A stretch of DNA of 34,551 bases from Opitutaceae bacterium. Its GTDB lineage: Bacteria; Verrucomicrobiota; Verrucomicrobiia; Opitutales; Opitutaceae. Below the pieces are notes generated by a model. The model searched no databases, was not told the DNA's origin, and saw only the letters and a list, made by a program, of their open reading frames with translations. The translations under genes and the position numbers were made by a program. Below, in pieces: positions 26,433-34,549 of this stretch; the first letter of the stretch is position 1, and each line of letters starts with the position of its first letter. The stretch spans positions 1 to 34,551 of the forward strand of contig JBDSSU010000561.1 in the NCBI GenBank assembly GCA_039928635.1. The letters are read 5' to 3'.

Positions 26433-27665
26433 ATGCCCCATTTCGCCGCACCAATCCGCCGCGAAGCCCGTGGGAGACTAACAATAGACTTGAGGCCATC
26501 CGCTTCGCGGTTCTCGATACCTTCGAAATCTCCGGGAAAAGGAACTGTCTTTTTGGAACACCCCAACCCCTTGAACGAAGCACGCGTCACTCTGGCCGAC
26601 ATCGCCGTCCGCGCGAAGGTCCACGTCACCACCGTGTCTCTGGCGTTGCGGAATCATCCGCGGCTCCCGGCGCGCACCCGTGAGCGCATCCAGGCTCTGG
26701 CCAAGAAGCTTGGGTACACGCCCGATCCGTTCCTGCGTGCGCTGGTCGCCTACCGGTCAAAAGCGCTGCGTAGGAATCCGCCCACGTTGGCGTACGTCAC
26801 CAACTGGAAGACGTGTTGGGGTTGGAAAAAAGTGACGGCCCATCCCGAATTTTACCTCGGTGCGGAACAAAAAGCGCACGATCTGGGATTTAACCTGGAC
26901 CACTTCTGGATGGGAGAACCCGGGCTGACGCACGATCGGCTGAGTTCCATCCTTTTCGCGCGCGGGATTAACGGCCTCATCATCGCGTCCCATATGCGGG
27001 AGGTTGATGTCGCGCTCCACTTCGATTGGTCACGCTTCAGCGCCGTGAAGATCGACTACCTTCCCCATCAACCCGAGTTGCACAACGTGACCAACGACCA
27101 GTGCAAGATCATCCGCCTTGCCATGCAGCACGTGATGGCAGCCGGGTATCGCCGGATCGGCTTCGTGATGCATCGCGGGTGGGATCACAGCGTGGATCAC
27201 CTGTGGTCCGCGGGCTATCTTTGCGAACAGCAGAACCTCAGCATCAAGGAGCGCATCCCCATGTTGCTCTTCCCGGCGGCGGAGCCGGTGGAGGCTTGGA
27301 TTAATGAAAGCAAAACGGAGGTCGTCGCACCCACCTCGTCATTGGAGCGTTGGTACACCCGGTATCGGCCGGACGTGATCATCAGCAAGGCGTCCTTCGT
27401 CCAGCCAGGCATGGCGGAGGTCGGCTTGCGCATTCCTGAGGACGTTGCGTTCGCCGACGTCTTCCTCGAAAAAAGTGGCGGCTTCGCCGCCGGCGTCCGC
27501 CAGAATTACCGGTCAGTGGGAGAACTCGCGGTGGAGATCCTCGCCGGCCAGCTACAGCACAACAAATTCGGCATCCCCGAGATCCCCACGACGACTTTTG
27601 TCCAAGGGACGTGGTCCGACGGTGCATCCTGCCCCCCTCGTACTCTCGCCGCAGCGGCGAAGTAA
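26433..27665 (+). CDS. LacI-family transcriptional regulator
   Basis: HTH is VTLADIAVRAKVHVTTVSLALRNHPRLPARTRERIQALAKKLGYTPDP, followed by a periplasmic-binding-like core. The coordinates give the longest ORF (ATG 26433). This leaves 46 residues before the HTH, so the true start may be TTG 26571 (MNEARVTLADIA..). Confidence 0.85.
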   Translation: MPHFAAPIRREARGRLTIDLRPSASRFSIPSKSPGKGTVFLEHPNPLNEARVTLADIAVRAKVHVTTVSLALRNHPRLPARTRERIQALAKKLGYTPDPFLRALVAYRSKALRRNPPTLAYVTNWKTCWGWKKVTAHPEFYLGAEQKAHDLGFNLDHFWMGEPGLTHDRLSSILFARGINGLIIASHMREVDVALHFDWSRFSAVKIDYLPHQPELHNVTNDQCKIIRLAMQHVMAAGYRRIGFVMHRGWDHSVDHLWSAGYLCEQQNLSIKERIPMLLFPAAEPVEAWINESKTEVVAPTSSLERWYTRYRPDVIISKASFVQPGMAEVGLRIPEDVAFADVFLEKSGGFAAGVRQNYRSVGELAVEILAGQLQHNKFGIPEIPTTTFVQGTWSDGASCPPRTLAAAAK

Positions 27666-27865
27666 GTGACCGCGAGGCGTACCGCCGAATCAACGGCGGA
27701 GTGGCACCGCTTCTCCGCACCCGCCGACCAGCCGCACATTGCCCCGATCAGATTCGTCGCGTCGGAAGTGGAGGCACGGCCCGCCTGCGACTCTAGAGAT
27801 TCAGATTCCGTTGGGGTATAGAGAGACCGCCGCCCGATTAGTTTTGGGTTCGCGCGCTCACACTG

Positions 27866-27881
27866 GCGCTAACGTTAGAGC
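27866..27881. promoter_or_regulatory. 16-bp near-perfect palindrome centred on CG; candidate LacI-type operator
   Basis: GCGCTAACGTTAGAGC is self-complementary at 14/16 positions, with a perfect 10-bp core CTAACGTTAG. It lies in the 372-nt gap between the LacI gene and the second receptor gene, ~155 nt upstream of ATG 28038. I did not find a second copy in the other intergenic regions. Confidence 0.3.
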
Positions 27882-28037
27882 AGCGAAATATTTGCGGTTC
27901 GAATTCCGCCGAAGTGCCATGCGAGAACGACGGCGTCGAATGCCTTTATTCCTCGGGCTTGTGCCGAACTTCGCTGCCGCCGCCAGAGCCGGTTCATCAT
28001 TTCCGCCTCTGTTCGCTGACCTCTGACCCCTCACCCT

Positions 28038-31037
28038 ATGAAGACTAGCCTTAGCAGAACACTGCTTCTCCTCGCGTGCGCCTCCGCCCCGGCGGTTGCG
28101 CAGAGCGTCACTCCCCCTCCCATTGATTCCGTTTCCGCCAAGTATGACGTTAACAATAACGGCGTCCTCGATCCCGACGAAGTCGCGGCGATGCAGAAGG
28201 CGACCGACGCGATCATGCTTTCTCCCTTCGAGGTTCGCACCGACCAGGATCGTGGATACCAAGCGGCCAATGCGGGATCGGGCGGACGCGTCGACCTGCC
28301 ATTGAAATTAACGGCCTCGGCCACCTCCGCCTTCACGAAGGAATTTTTGGAAGACTGGAACGTCTCCGACATGCGGGAATCGTTCCGCTATGCGATGAAT
28401 GTCGATGCGGGTAACCTCGCCCAAATGGGCACCCCGTACGGCGAATTCGAGTTTAACTTCCGCGGGGTCGGCTCGTCGGGCAATTATCCGACCCGGAATT
28501 ATTTCCTCTTCTACGGGGTCAGCGACTCCTACAACACCGAGCGCTTCGAAATGTCGCGCGGCCCGAACTCGATTCTTTTCGGCGACGGCCAGATCGGTGG
28601 CGTCGCGACCACGGCGACGAAGGTTCCGCGGCTTGATCGGAACTCCTACTCCGCGACATTCCGCTGGGACGATTGGGGTGGTACGCGTGCCACGTTGGAT
28701 GCGAATCACAAAGTCGGTTCGATGACCGCAGTCCGCATCAACGCCAAGTTCCAGGAAAACACGATGGCCGCCGCCTGGCGTGATGGGGCGGAGAACACGG
28801 ACAAGGCGATCACGATCGCCGTTGCCCACGCCTTTTCGCCGCGCACCAAGTTCCGCACCGAAATTGAGTTTGGCCGCGAATTGCGGATGACCTTCGCGAA
28901 CACCTATGGAGACAACCTCGGCTACTATACCCCGGGTTACGTCTTCGATCGCCTGAATCCGAATTTACCCGCGAGTCAGGGCCTCGCCGGCATCACGGCG
29001 GTGAGCACCCAAGCTCAAAATTGGACCTTTATTCCTGCCTTGGCCAATCTCGGCCTGATCAACACGGGCGGCGCGACTGCCAACGAGCGGACCTACCGCT
29101 CAACCGGTCCCGGCTTCCCCATCCAGCCCGAAGGCCGTACGGACCTGCCTGGGATTCCGTCCCCGGCCACGCTTCCCTCCCGGGAGTTTCGGCTTGGGGC
29201 GAACGACACCCTCGCGCGCTTCAAAAACCAGGTTTATGGTTTTTATCTCGACCACCGGATCACGGATAATCTCTCCGCCCAGATTTCGTACTACCACTAC
29301 GACAACGACCGCAACGAGCGCTCCAACGCGCGAGTCGGTTCGCTCCAGTTCGACATCAATCGCTATCTCCCGAACGGTCAGCTCAACCCGAAGCTTGGCG
29401 TCGCCTATGGTGAGGCGACCCCCGGCAAGGGCCATCAAGACAATTACGTTCGCGAATGGCGCGGTTTGCTGAAGTGGAACGTCCGCCTGCCCTTCAGTGG
29501 AAAGGGTCAGTTCTCTGCGATCGTCGGAGAACGCAAAGAGCGCTTCGAGGCGCGTGGCTTTAGCCCGGCTCGCGTCGACGGCCCGAACCAGAACTGGCTC
29601 GCCGCTGAAAATACGCTCCGTTACCGCTATTACGTCGACGAGCCCAATAAGTACGGCAGCCAGTTCCTGCCGGCGCCTGCCCCGGGCTTCACGTACAAAT
29701 TTGTTCAAACCGGCTTCGCCTCGACGGAGTACAAGAACATCAAATATGTGCAGGGCGTCGCCGCGACGTCATTCCTGGACGACCAACTCGCTCTCACGCT
29801 TGGCCTTCGCTACGACGAACAGCTTAACCGGCAGCAGGGCAACATCGGTGGTTTTCCGACCGCTAACGGCCTCCAATCCTACGGCGGTTTTGTTCCCGGC
29901 GTCGGGAATCAACCGGGCGCTTGGAATATCGGTAAGGCGGAGCCCATCACCGGCAACGTTGGCGCCGTGGTTTACCTGGATAAGAAACAGCGTTTCGGCG
30001 TCTTCTACAATTATTCCGAGAATTTTGCGCCGCCCACCTCCGGTGCGGCGAAACTCATCGGCTGGGACCCGAATGGCACCACCAAGAACGAAGGTTTCGG
30101 CGCGACGACTGGCAGTGGCACGGAGTACGGCGTCCGTCTGAGCCTTTTGGAGGGGGCGGTTTATGCCGAAGCCCGTCACTACGACAACGATCAGGTTGAC
30201 CGCATCGATGGGCCTCCTGTCGGGAACTTCAACACCATCTGGCTGAACTCGGGCAACTCCTACAACGCCAACACGGACCTGACGAATGCCTCGTGGCGCG
30301 ATGTCGCGGCGCTTAATACCAATGGGTACGAGTTCCAACTCACCGGCAACTACAAGGGCCTGCGCCTTACCGCAAACTATGCCCTGCCCAAGACCGAGAA
30401 TATTTCCATTCGTCCCGTCACCCAGGCTTACTTTGCCGCCTTCAAAGCGAAGTGGGAGGGATGGGCAAATAATTTGGTGAACGACAAGGGCGACGTACTG
30501 ACCACGGACAACCAAACCCAGATCCGGAATAACATTCTCAATCTGCAAAACAACTTCGCCGGCGTCGCGCCCGGTACAGTGAACAACGGCACGAACAAGT
30601 GGACCGGTTCCTTCAACGCCAACTACTCCTTCTCCCGCGAGAGCAAGCTCCGTGGCTTCTCGGCGGGCTGGGCGATCAGTGGCCGCGGCCAGCGCAAGGT
30701 CGGCGCGGTGAATCCGAACATCCTGTTCAACCTGCCGATTGGAGCGACCGCTACCCCCGAGCAAAACCAGCAGGCTTCCTTCGCCTATGTCTACGCCACG
30801 ACCTACTGGGTCCAGGATGTGAATGCGTCCTACTCCAAGCGCTTCGGGAAGTACAACGTGAGGTTCCAGGTGAACGTCAACAACCTCTGGGACAAGGATG
30901 ACCTGCTATTCCAGAGCTACACGACCTACCGTGTGCTCGGTCAGGCGACGAATCCGTTTGTCGGCGGCATGGTGAACAACGGCTTCAACTATCTTGATCC
31001 CCGGAAGATTTCGTTCACCACCACGGTGAGCTTCTAA
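28038..31037 (+). CDS. TonB-dependent outer-membrane receptor (verrucomicrobial type) with an EF-hand-like N-terminal extension
   Basis: Signal peptide MKTSLSRTLLLLACASAPAVA/QS. IMLSPFEVRTDQDRGYQA is the motif I associate with Opitutaceae-type receptors. Plug region is ERFEMSRGPNSILFGDGQIGGV. A long barrel rich in Y/N/G strands ends in the aromatic terminus ..FTTTVSF. Confidence 0.85.
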   Translation: MKTSLSRTLLLLACASAPAVAQSVTPPPIDSVSAKYDVNNNGVLDPDEVAAMQKATDAIMLSPFEVRTDQDRGYQAANAGSGGRVDLPLKLTASATSAFTKEFLEDWNVSDMRESFRYAMNVDAGNLAQMGTPYGEFEFNFRGVGSSGNYPTRNYFLFYGVSDSYNTERFEMSRGPNSILFGDGQIGGVATTATKVPRLDRNSYSATFRWDDWGGTRATLDANHKVGSMTAVRINAKFQENTMAAAWRDGAENTDKAITIAVAHAFSPRTKFRTEIEFGRELRMTFANTYGDNLGYYTPGYVFDRLNPNLPASQGLAGITAVSTQAQNWTFIPALANLGLINTGGATANERTYRSTGPGFPIQPEGRTDLPGIPSPATLPSREFRLGANDTLARFKNQVYGFYLDHRITDNLSAQISYYHYDNDRNERSNARVGSLQFDINRYLPNGQLNPKLGVAYGEATPGKGHQDNYVREWRGLLKWNVRLPFSGKGQFSAIVGERKERFEARGFSPARVDGPNQNWLAAENTLRYRYYVDEPNKYGSQFLPAPAPGFTYKFVQTGFASTEYKNIKYVQGVAATSFLDDQLALTLGLRYDEQLNRQQGNIGGFPTANGLQSYGGFVPGVGNQPGAWNIGKAEPITGNVGAVVYLDKKQRFGVFYNYSENFAPPTSGAAKLIGWDPNGTTKNEGFGATTGSGTEYGVRLSLLEGAVYAEARHYDNDQVDRIDGPPVGNFNTIWLNSGNSYNANTDLTNASWRDVAALNTNGYEFQLTGNYKGLRLTANYALPKTENISIRPVTQAYFAAFKAKWEGWANNLVNDKGDVLTTDNQTQIRNNILNLQNNFAGVAPGTVNNGTNKWTGSFNANYSFSRESKLRGFSAGWAISGRGQRKVGAVNPNILFNLPIGATATPEQNQQASFAYVYATTYWVQDVNASYSKRFGKYNVRFQVNVNNLWDKDDLLFQSYTTYRVLGQATNPFVGGMVNNGFNYLDPRKISFTTTVSF

Positions 31038-31061
31038 GGCGCATTTCACTGTTTCGGTTTC

Positions 31062-31097
31062 AAAATCACGCGAGCTCCGGCTCGCGTGATTTTTTTT
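31062..31097. terminator. Bidirectional rho-independent terminator
   Basis: AAAA, ATCACGCGAGC (31065..31075), a tccg loop, GCTCGCGTGAT (31080..31090), then TTTTTTT (31091..31097). This is a perfect 11-bp GC-rich stem flanked by an A-run and a T-run, 25 nt after the receptor stop. Confidence 0.8.
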
Positions 31098-31435
31098 GGG
31101 GCCTCCCCGACCCAGTCTTCAAGAGCGCGCCACTCGGGGTGCCAAGAATCGGATACAAGGCAGATTCCGTGCAGTGGAATCCCCTCGCGAACAAGCACTC
31201 TGCCTCATCCCCAACGTAGGCGAGCCACCGCGACCGCATGTCGTCGACATGCGTGGTCTCAGTAATAACGAGGTCGCCGCCGTACCTTCTCCATGCATCG
31301 ACGACGAGTTCACGGCGCGGGACGTGCCGGGGATCCTCTTCGATCAGCGGCGTCTCGTCCCGCCCATACCTTCCGTCCTCGTTCAGGTCTCGCGGCCCGT
31401 CACATTGGTCGGAGCCGACGACACGTTCGGACCGG

Positions 31436-31831
31436 TCACCGGAGATATTGGTCGTCAGAAACCTTTTCCATCCAGTCGACGGCTTTCCCGTTCAGCAGTT
31501 CATGCACGGCAAAGTGGGTCATCGCCGTCGTGGGCGCAGCGCCGTGCCAATGCTTCTCGCCCGGCGCAAATGAGATGACGTCCCCCGGCCGAATCTCCTC
31601 GATGGGTCCACCTTCGCGCTGCGCCCGTCCGCAGCCAGCGGTCACAATGAGCGTCTGGCCCAGCGGATGAGTGTGCCAGGCGGTGCGAGCGCCCGCTTCG
31701 AACGTGACGCTCGCCCCCGCCACGCGTGCGGGATCTTTCGGCTGGAAGAGCGGATCAATGCGCACGGTACCGGTAAACCAGTCAGCCGGCCCGTGGGTGG
31801 AAGCTTGTGAGCCGATTCTTTTAATTTCCAT
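31436..31831 (-). CDS. Cupin-domain protein (cupin_2 type, ~131 aa)
   Basis: [51 protein letters not shown] contains both cupin motifs (HxH...G and G.....P.G..H). Its length and ending (..[14 protein letters not shown]) are typical of this small cupin family. Confidence 0.85.
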   Translation of the reverse strand: MEIKRIGSQASTHGPADWFTGTVRIDPLFQPKDPARVAGASVTFEAGARTAWHTHPLGQTLIVTAGCGRAQREGGPIEEIRPGDVISFAPGEKHWHGAAPTTAMTHFAVHELLNGKAVDWMEKVSDDQYLR

Positions 31832-31908
31832 GGGGGATCCTGTTTAAGAATTTTCGCGCGCCGCATTGAGCGCGGTGCGTGGCGCCGATCCACCTGCTCC
31901 CGCAAAGC

Positions 31909-32865
31909 CTACTTCGTCGCGGGCGCGGCCGGCGGAGGCGGCGGCGCGTACTTCGGCAGCGCGTTCGCCCGCGGAGCGACTTGCTTGAGATTCGGAGTTA
32001 CATCCGCCTCAGCGCGACCGACTGCCCATTCGATTCCTCCGAAAAGCACGGACTGGAAAACGGGATTATCCCACACGTCCTCGCGATGTCCCATGTTCGT
32101 GTAGAAAACGCGGCCCTTGTCATGCATCCGCACCCACGTGGACGGATACGGCGGGCGCTGATACTCGGCACCGGTCATGGAGGAGGGATCCTGCACCAAC
32201 AGAACATGCAGATTCGGCGCGAAATTTTTCAGCGAATACCACTCTTCATGAAACGTGATGTCTTCCTTCACCGCCGCCATTCCGGGAAACTTTGAATCCA
32301 CGACGCTGAGCTTGGATTTCTGCTGGGCTCCGTGGCGGATGAATTCTCCCCCGAGCATCTTGATGTAGTCATCGGCGGCCTGGCCGTCGTCGTTGAAACG
32401 CTCCGGGACGTGCGCATTGCGTCCGAAGGAATGAAAAGAATCCGACGCACTGTGAATTCCCACGAAGCCCTTGCCCCCGGCCACCGCGGCCAGCAAAGCC
32501 GCTTTGCCAGCGGGCGTCATGGGCGGAAGTCCGTCGCCGCGCGGGTCGCTCTTCGCCATCGTGAGGTCGCCCGTCGTGTAGAAAACGAAGGCGTCAAACT
32601 GGGCGAGATACGCCGGCGAAAACAAGGTGCCGTCCTTCGATGCCACGAACTCAATCTGATGCTTTGTGCCGTAGGCGTTGAGGACGCGAAACGCATAGCC
32701 GTGCCCCGGTTTACCATCGGTTTTGATCGCGTCATGCTCGAAGCCGGAGGACTTGCTGAAGATCAGTACCTTCTTCGCCACGTTGGCCGCCGCCCGAGAG
32801 GTTGACGGAGGCAGGAGCATCACCGCGAGGGTGGCGCCGCAAATTAATCGGATGAGGTTTTTCAT
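31909..32865 (-). CDS. Secreted ThuA-domain protein (second copy)
   Basis: The internal ATG at 32865 gives the signal peptide MKNLIRLICGATLAVMLLPPSTSRAAA. KKVLIFSKSSGFEHD..FDAFVFYTTGD..GFVGIHSASDSF..WYSLKNF..RVFYTNMGHRE fits the ThuA fold. It has a Pro-rich tail. The ORF-track start at 32985 adds 40 residues with no signal-peptide logic. Confidence 0.85.
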   Translation of the reverse strand: MKNLIRLICGATLAVMLLPPSTSRAAANVAKKVLIFSKSSGFEHDAIKTDGKPGHGYAFRVLNAYGTKHQIEFVASKDGTLFSPAYLAQFDAFVFYTTGDLTMAKSDPRGDGLPPMTPAGKAALLAAVAGGKGFVGIHSASDSFHSFGRNAHVPERFNDDGQAADDYIKMLGGEFIRHGAQQKSKLSVVDSKFPGMAAVKEDITFHEEWYSLKNFAPNLHVLLVQDPSSMTGAEYQRPPYPSTWVRMHDKGRVFYTNMGHREDVWDNPVFQSVLFGGIEWAVGRAEADVTPNLKQVAPRANALPKYAPPPPPAAPATK

Positions 32866-33173
32866 GGGGGGGGGTGGAAATGATGGTTCACGCGTCGCCG
32901 TCGCTTTCGTGATTTTCACCGCGCATTCGCGGCCGGCGCCGGAGGGGAAGTGAGCATCGTTTGAACGCCCGTGCAACAGATACAACTCTCAAAGCACGCC
33001 CCAGCTCCGGAACCCGATGGCCCGTTTTCCGACGCCCCATCGCCTTGAAGCAACACCCCGCGCAAGATTAAGATTAGCCTTCAGCGGTTCCGCTAGCAGT
33101 GATCTGAGCCAGAACGATTCAGTTCAACCACGAAGGAACACGAATGGACGCGAATGAAAACACCGGGCGAAGA

Positions 33174-33914
33174 TTACAGAAATTGTTGGAGTTCGGATTT
33201 TGGCATCGCCCCGGCCACGAGGTAGACCTTCCCGTCGCGATGCCAGGCTGCGGTCGTCACGCCGCGGTCGGCGAAGAACGCCGGCGCCCGGTCGAGCGAA
33301 ACGCCCGGCAGGTCGGAAGCGTTGACGACAAAGACGTCCACGTGCCGCCCGTCGAATTTGAAGCAGAGCATCGTGACCTTGCTCTGCTGCCACTCCACGA
33401 TTTTGCACGCCGAGATTCCTTTGTCGGCCAGACCGGGAGGAAGGACGAAGTCGGGATCGCCGCGATGCTCCACGAGCCAGCGCTTATACCCGGCGGCATT
33501 GAGGCCCCAGATGTCGGCGTGACTGCTCGTATAGAGCGAGGCGACGTCCGCCATCGCCTGGCGGAATTGCACGAATTCGGACGCCTGCCCCCGGCGCTTC
33601 AGGAGCGAGATGCTGACAACAAAGAGGAGCGCCACCGACGCCGCGACGGCGAGCCACACCGGTCGGCGCCAGCGCGGCGTGGACACGAGGGTGGTGCGGG
33701 CGAGCAGGAGCTGAGCCTTGAGATCGGCCGGAAGCGGGAGGGAGCGAAGTTTGGCGGAGAAGGCCCGGTCCAGCGCCTGCTGTTCGGCAAACCACCGACC
33801 GAGTTCGGGGTCGTGTCGCGCGAGCGCCAGGGCCTCCTGGAACTGCGGATCGCGGGCATCCTCGCTGTTGGCTCGGTAGGCACCGAGGATAAACTGGGCT
33901 TCCTCGCGGTTCAT
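33174..33914 (-). CDS. Single-pass membrane protein, putative anti-sigma factor (atypical, no zinc-finger motif)
   Basis: The ATG at 33914 overlaps the sigma-factor stop (ATGA, 33911..33914). The cytoplasmic N-terminus is MNREEAQFILGAYRANSEDARDPQFQEALALARHDPELGRWFAEQQALDRAF. A TM helix VWLAVAASVALLFVVSISLL is followed by a ~140-aa C-terminal domain. The ORF-track version (start 34352) runs antisense-like through the sigma gene. Confidence 0.6.
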   Translation of the reverse strand: MNREEAQFILGAYRANSEDARDPQFQEALALARHDPELGRWFAEQQALDRAFSAKLRSLPLPADLKAQLLLARTTLVSTPRWRRPVWLAVAASVALLFVVSISLLKRRGQASEFVQFRQAMADVASLYTSSHADIWGLNAAGYKRWLVEHRGDPDFVLPPGLADKGISACKIVEWQQSKVTMLCFKFDGRHVDVFVVNASDLPGVSLDRAPAFFADRGVTTAAWHRDGKVYLVAGAMPKSELQQFL

Positions 33915-34549
33915 GAGTTGGAAGTTTTGATCCGCGGCGCGGGCGGCAGCGCAATCACGTTGGATGTTTCTGAGCGGGTGCTGCGGGCGGTGATGAGTGT
34001 GCGCAGCATGATTTTTGCCCGCGAGAGTCGGGACATCACTGTGCCGACCGGCACATCGAGCAGTGCGGCGATCTCGCGATAGGAAAGACTTTGGAGGTAA
34101 AACAACACCAGCGGGGTGCGGTGATGTTCGTCGATTTCTTTCATTGCTTCGATGACCAGGTCTCCATCCATCTTGTTCACGAGATCGGGTGTCAGGGCGG
34201 GCAGTTCCGCTTCGACGGTGGAGAGTTCGTCGTGCGGAAAGGATTTTTCGTGGCGTTTCCGGCCGAGGAACACGCGATAGAGCGTGGTAAAGAGCCAGGA
34301 TTTCACCTTCGTGCGGTCGCGAAGCTGGCCGCTCTTCGTAAGGAACCGGCAATAGGACTCCTGGGTGAGATCGCGCGCGTCGTCGGGATTGCGGGCAAGG
34401 CTGAGCGCGAACCGGTGCAGGTCCTCATGAAAAAGAACCACGGCTTGTTCGTAATCCACATCGTCCACACGAATAAGACCGCTGACGGCCGTTTTTATTC
34501 CGCCCTCCGACACGATTCCCACCGCGAGGCGCCCCAGCCCGCCAGCCAA
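33911..34549 (-). CDS. ECF (sigma-70 family) RNA polymerase sigma factor; the 5' end is at or beyond the window edge
   Basis: Region 2 is FHEDLHRFALSLARNPDDARDLTQESYCRFL..WLFTTLYRVFL. Region 4 is LVLFYLQSLSYREIAALLDVPVGTVMSRLSRAKIML. The open frame reaches the last codons of the window with only a TTG at 34549, so the true start may be the internal GTG near ..IRVDDVDYEQ or may lie outside the window. Confidence 0.8.
   Translation of the reverse strand: MAGGLGRLAVGIVSEGGIKTAVSGLIRVDDVDYEQAVVLFHEDLHRFALSLARNPDDARDLTQESYCRFLTKSGQLRDRTKVKSWLFTTLYRVFLGRKRHEKSFPHDELSTVEAELPALTPDLVNKMDGDLVIEAMKEIDEHHRTPLVLFYLQSLSYREIAALLDVPVGTVMSRLSRAKIMLRTLITARSTRSETSNVIALPPAPRIKTSNS

Noticed and set aside
3492-34082. 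Many long ORFs in the track lie antisense to the genes I called. Examples: 3492..4514 (+), 4858..5802 (-), 6289..7248 (-), 7449..8918 (-), 8500..9684 (-), 10563..11831 (-), 13086..13805 (-), 15351..16985 (-), 17936..19390 (-), 22553..23980 (-), 29769..30764 (-), 33144..34082 (+).
   Set aside because: Their translations are Arg/Gly/Pro/Ala-rich and carry no recognisable motifs. Each sits opposite a frame with clear family signatures. Long open antisense frames are expected in DNA of this GC content.
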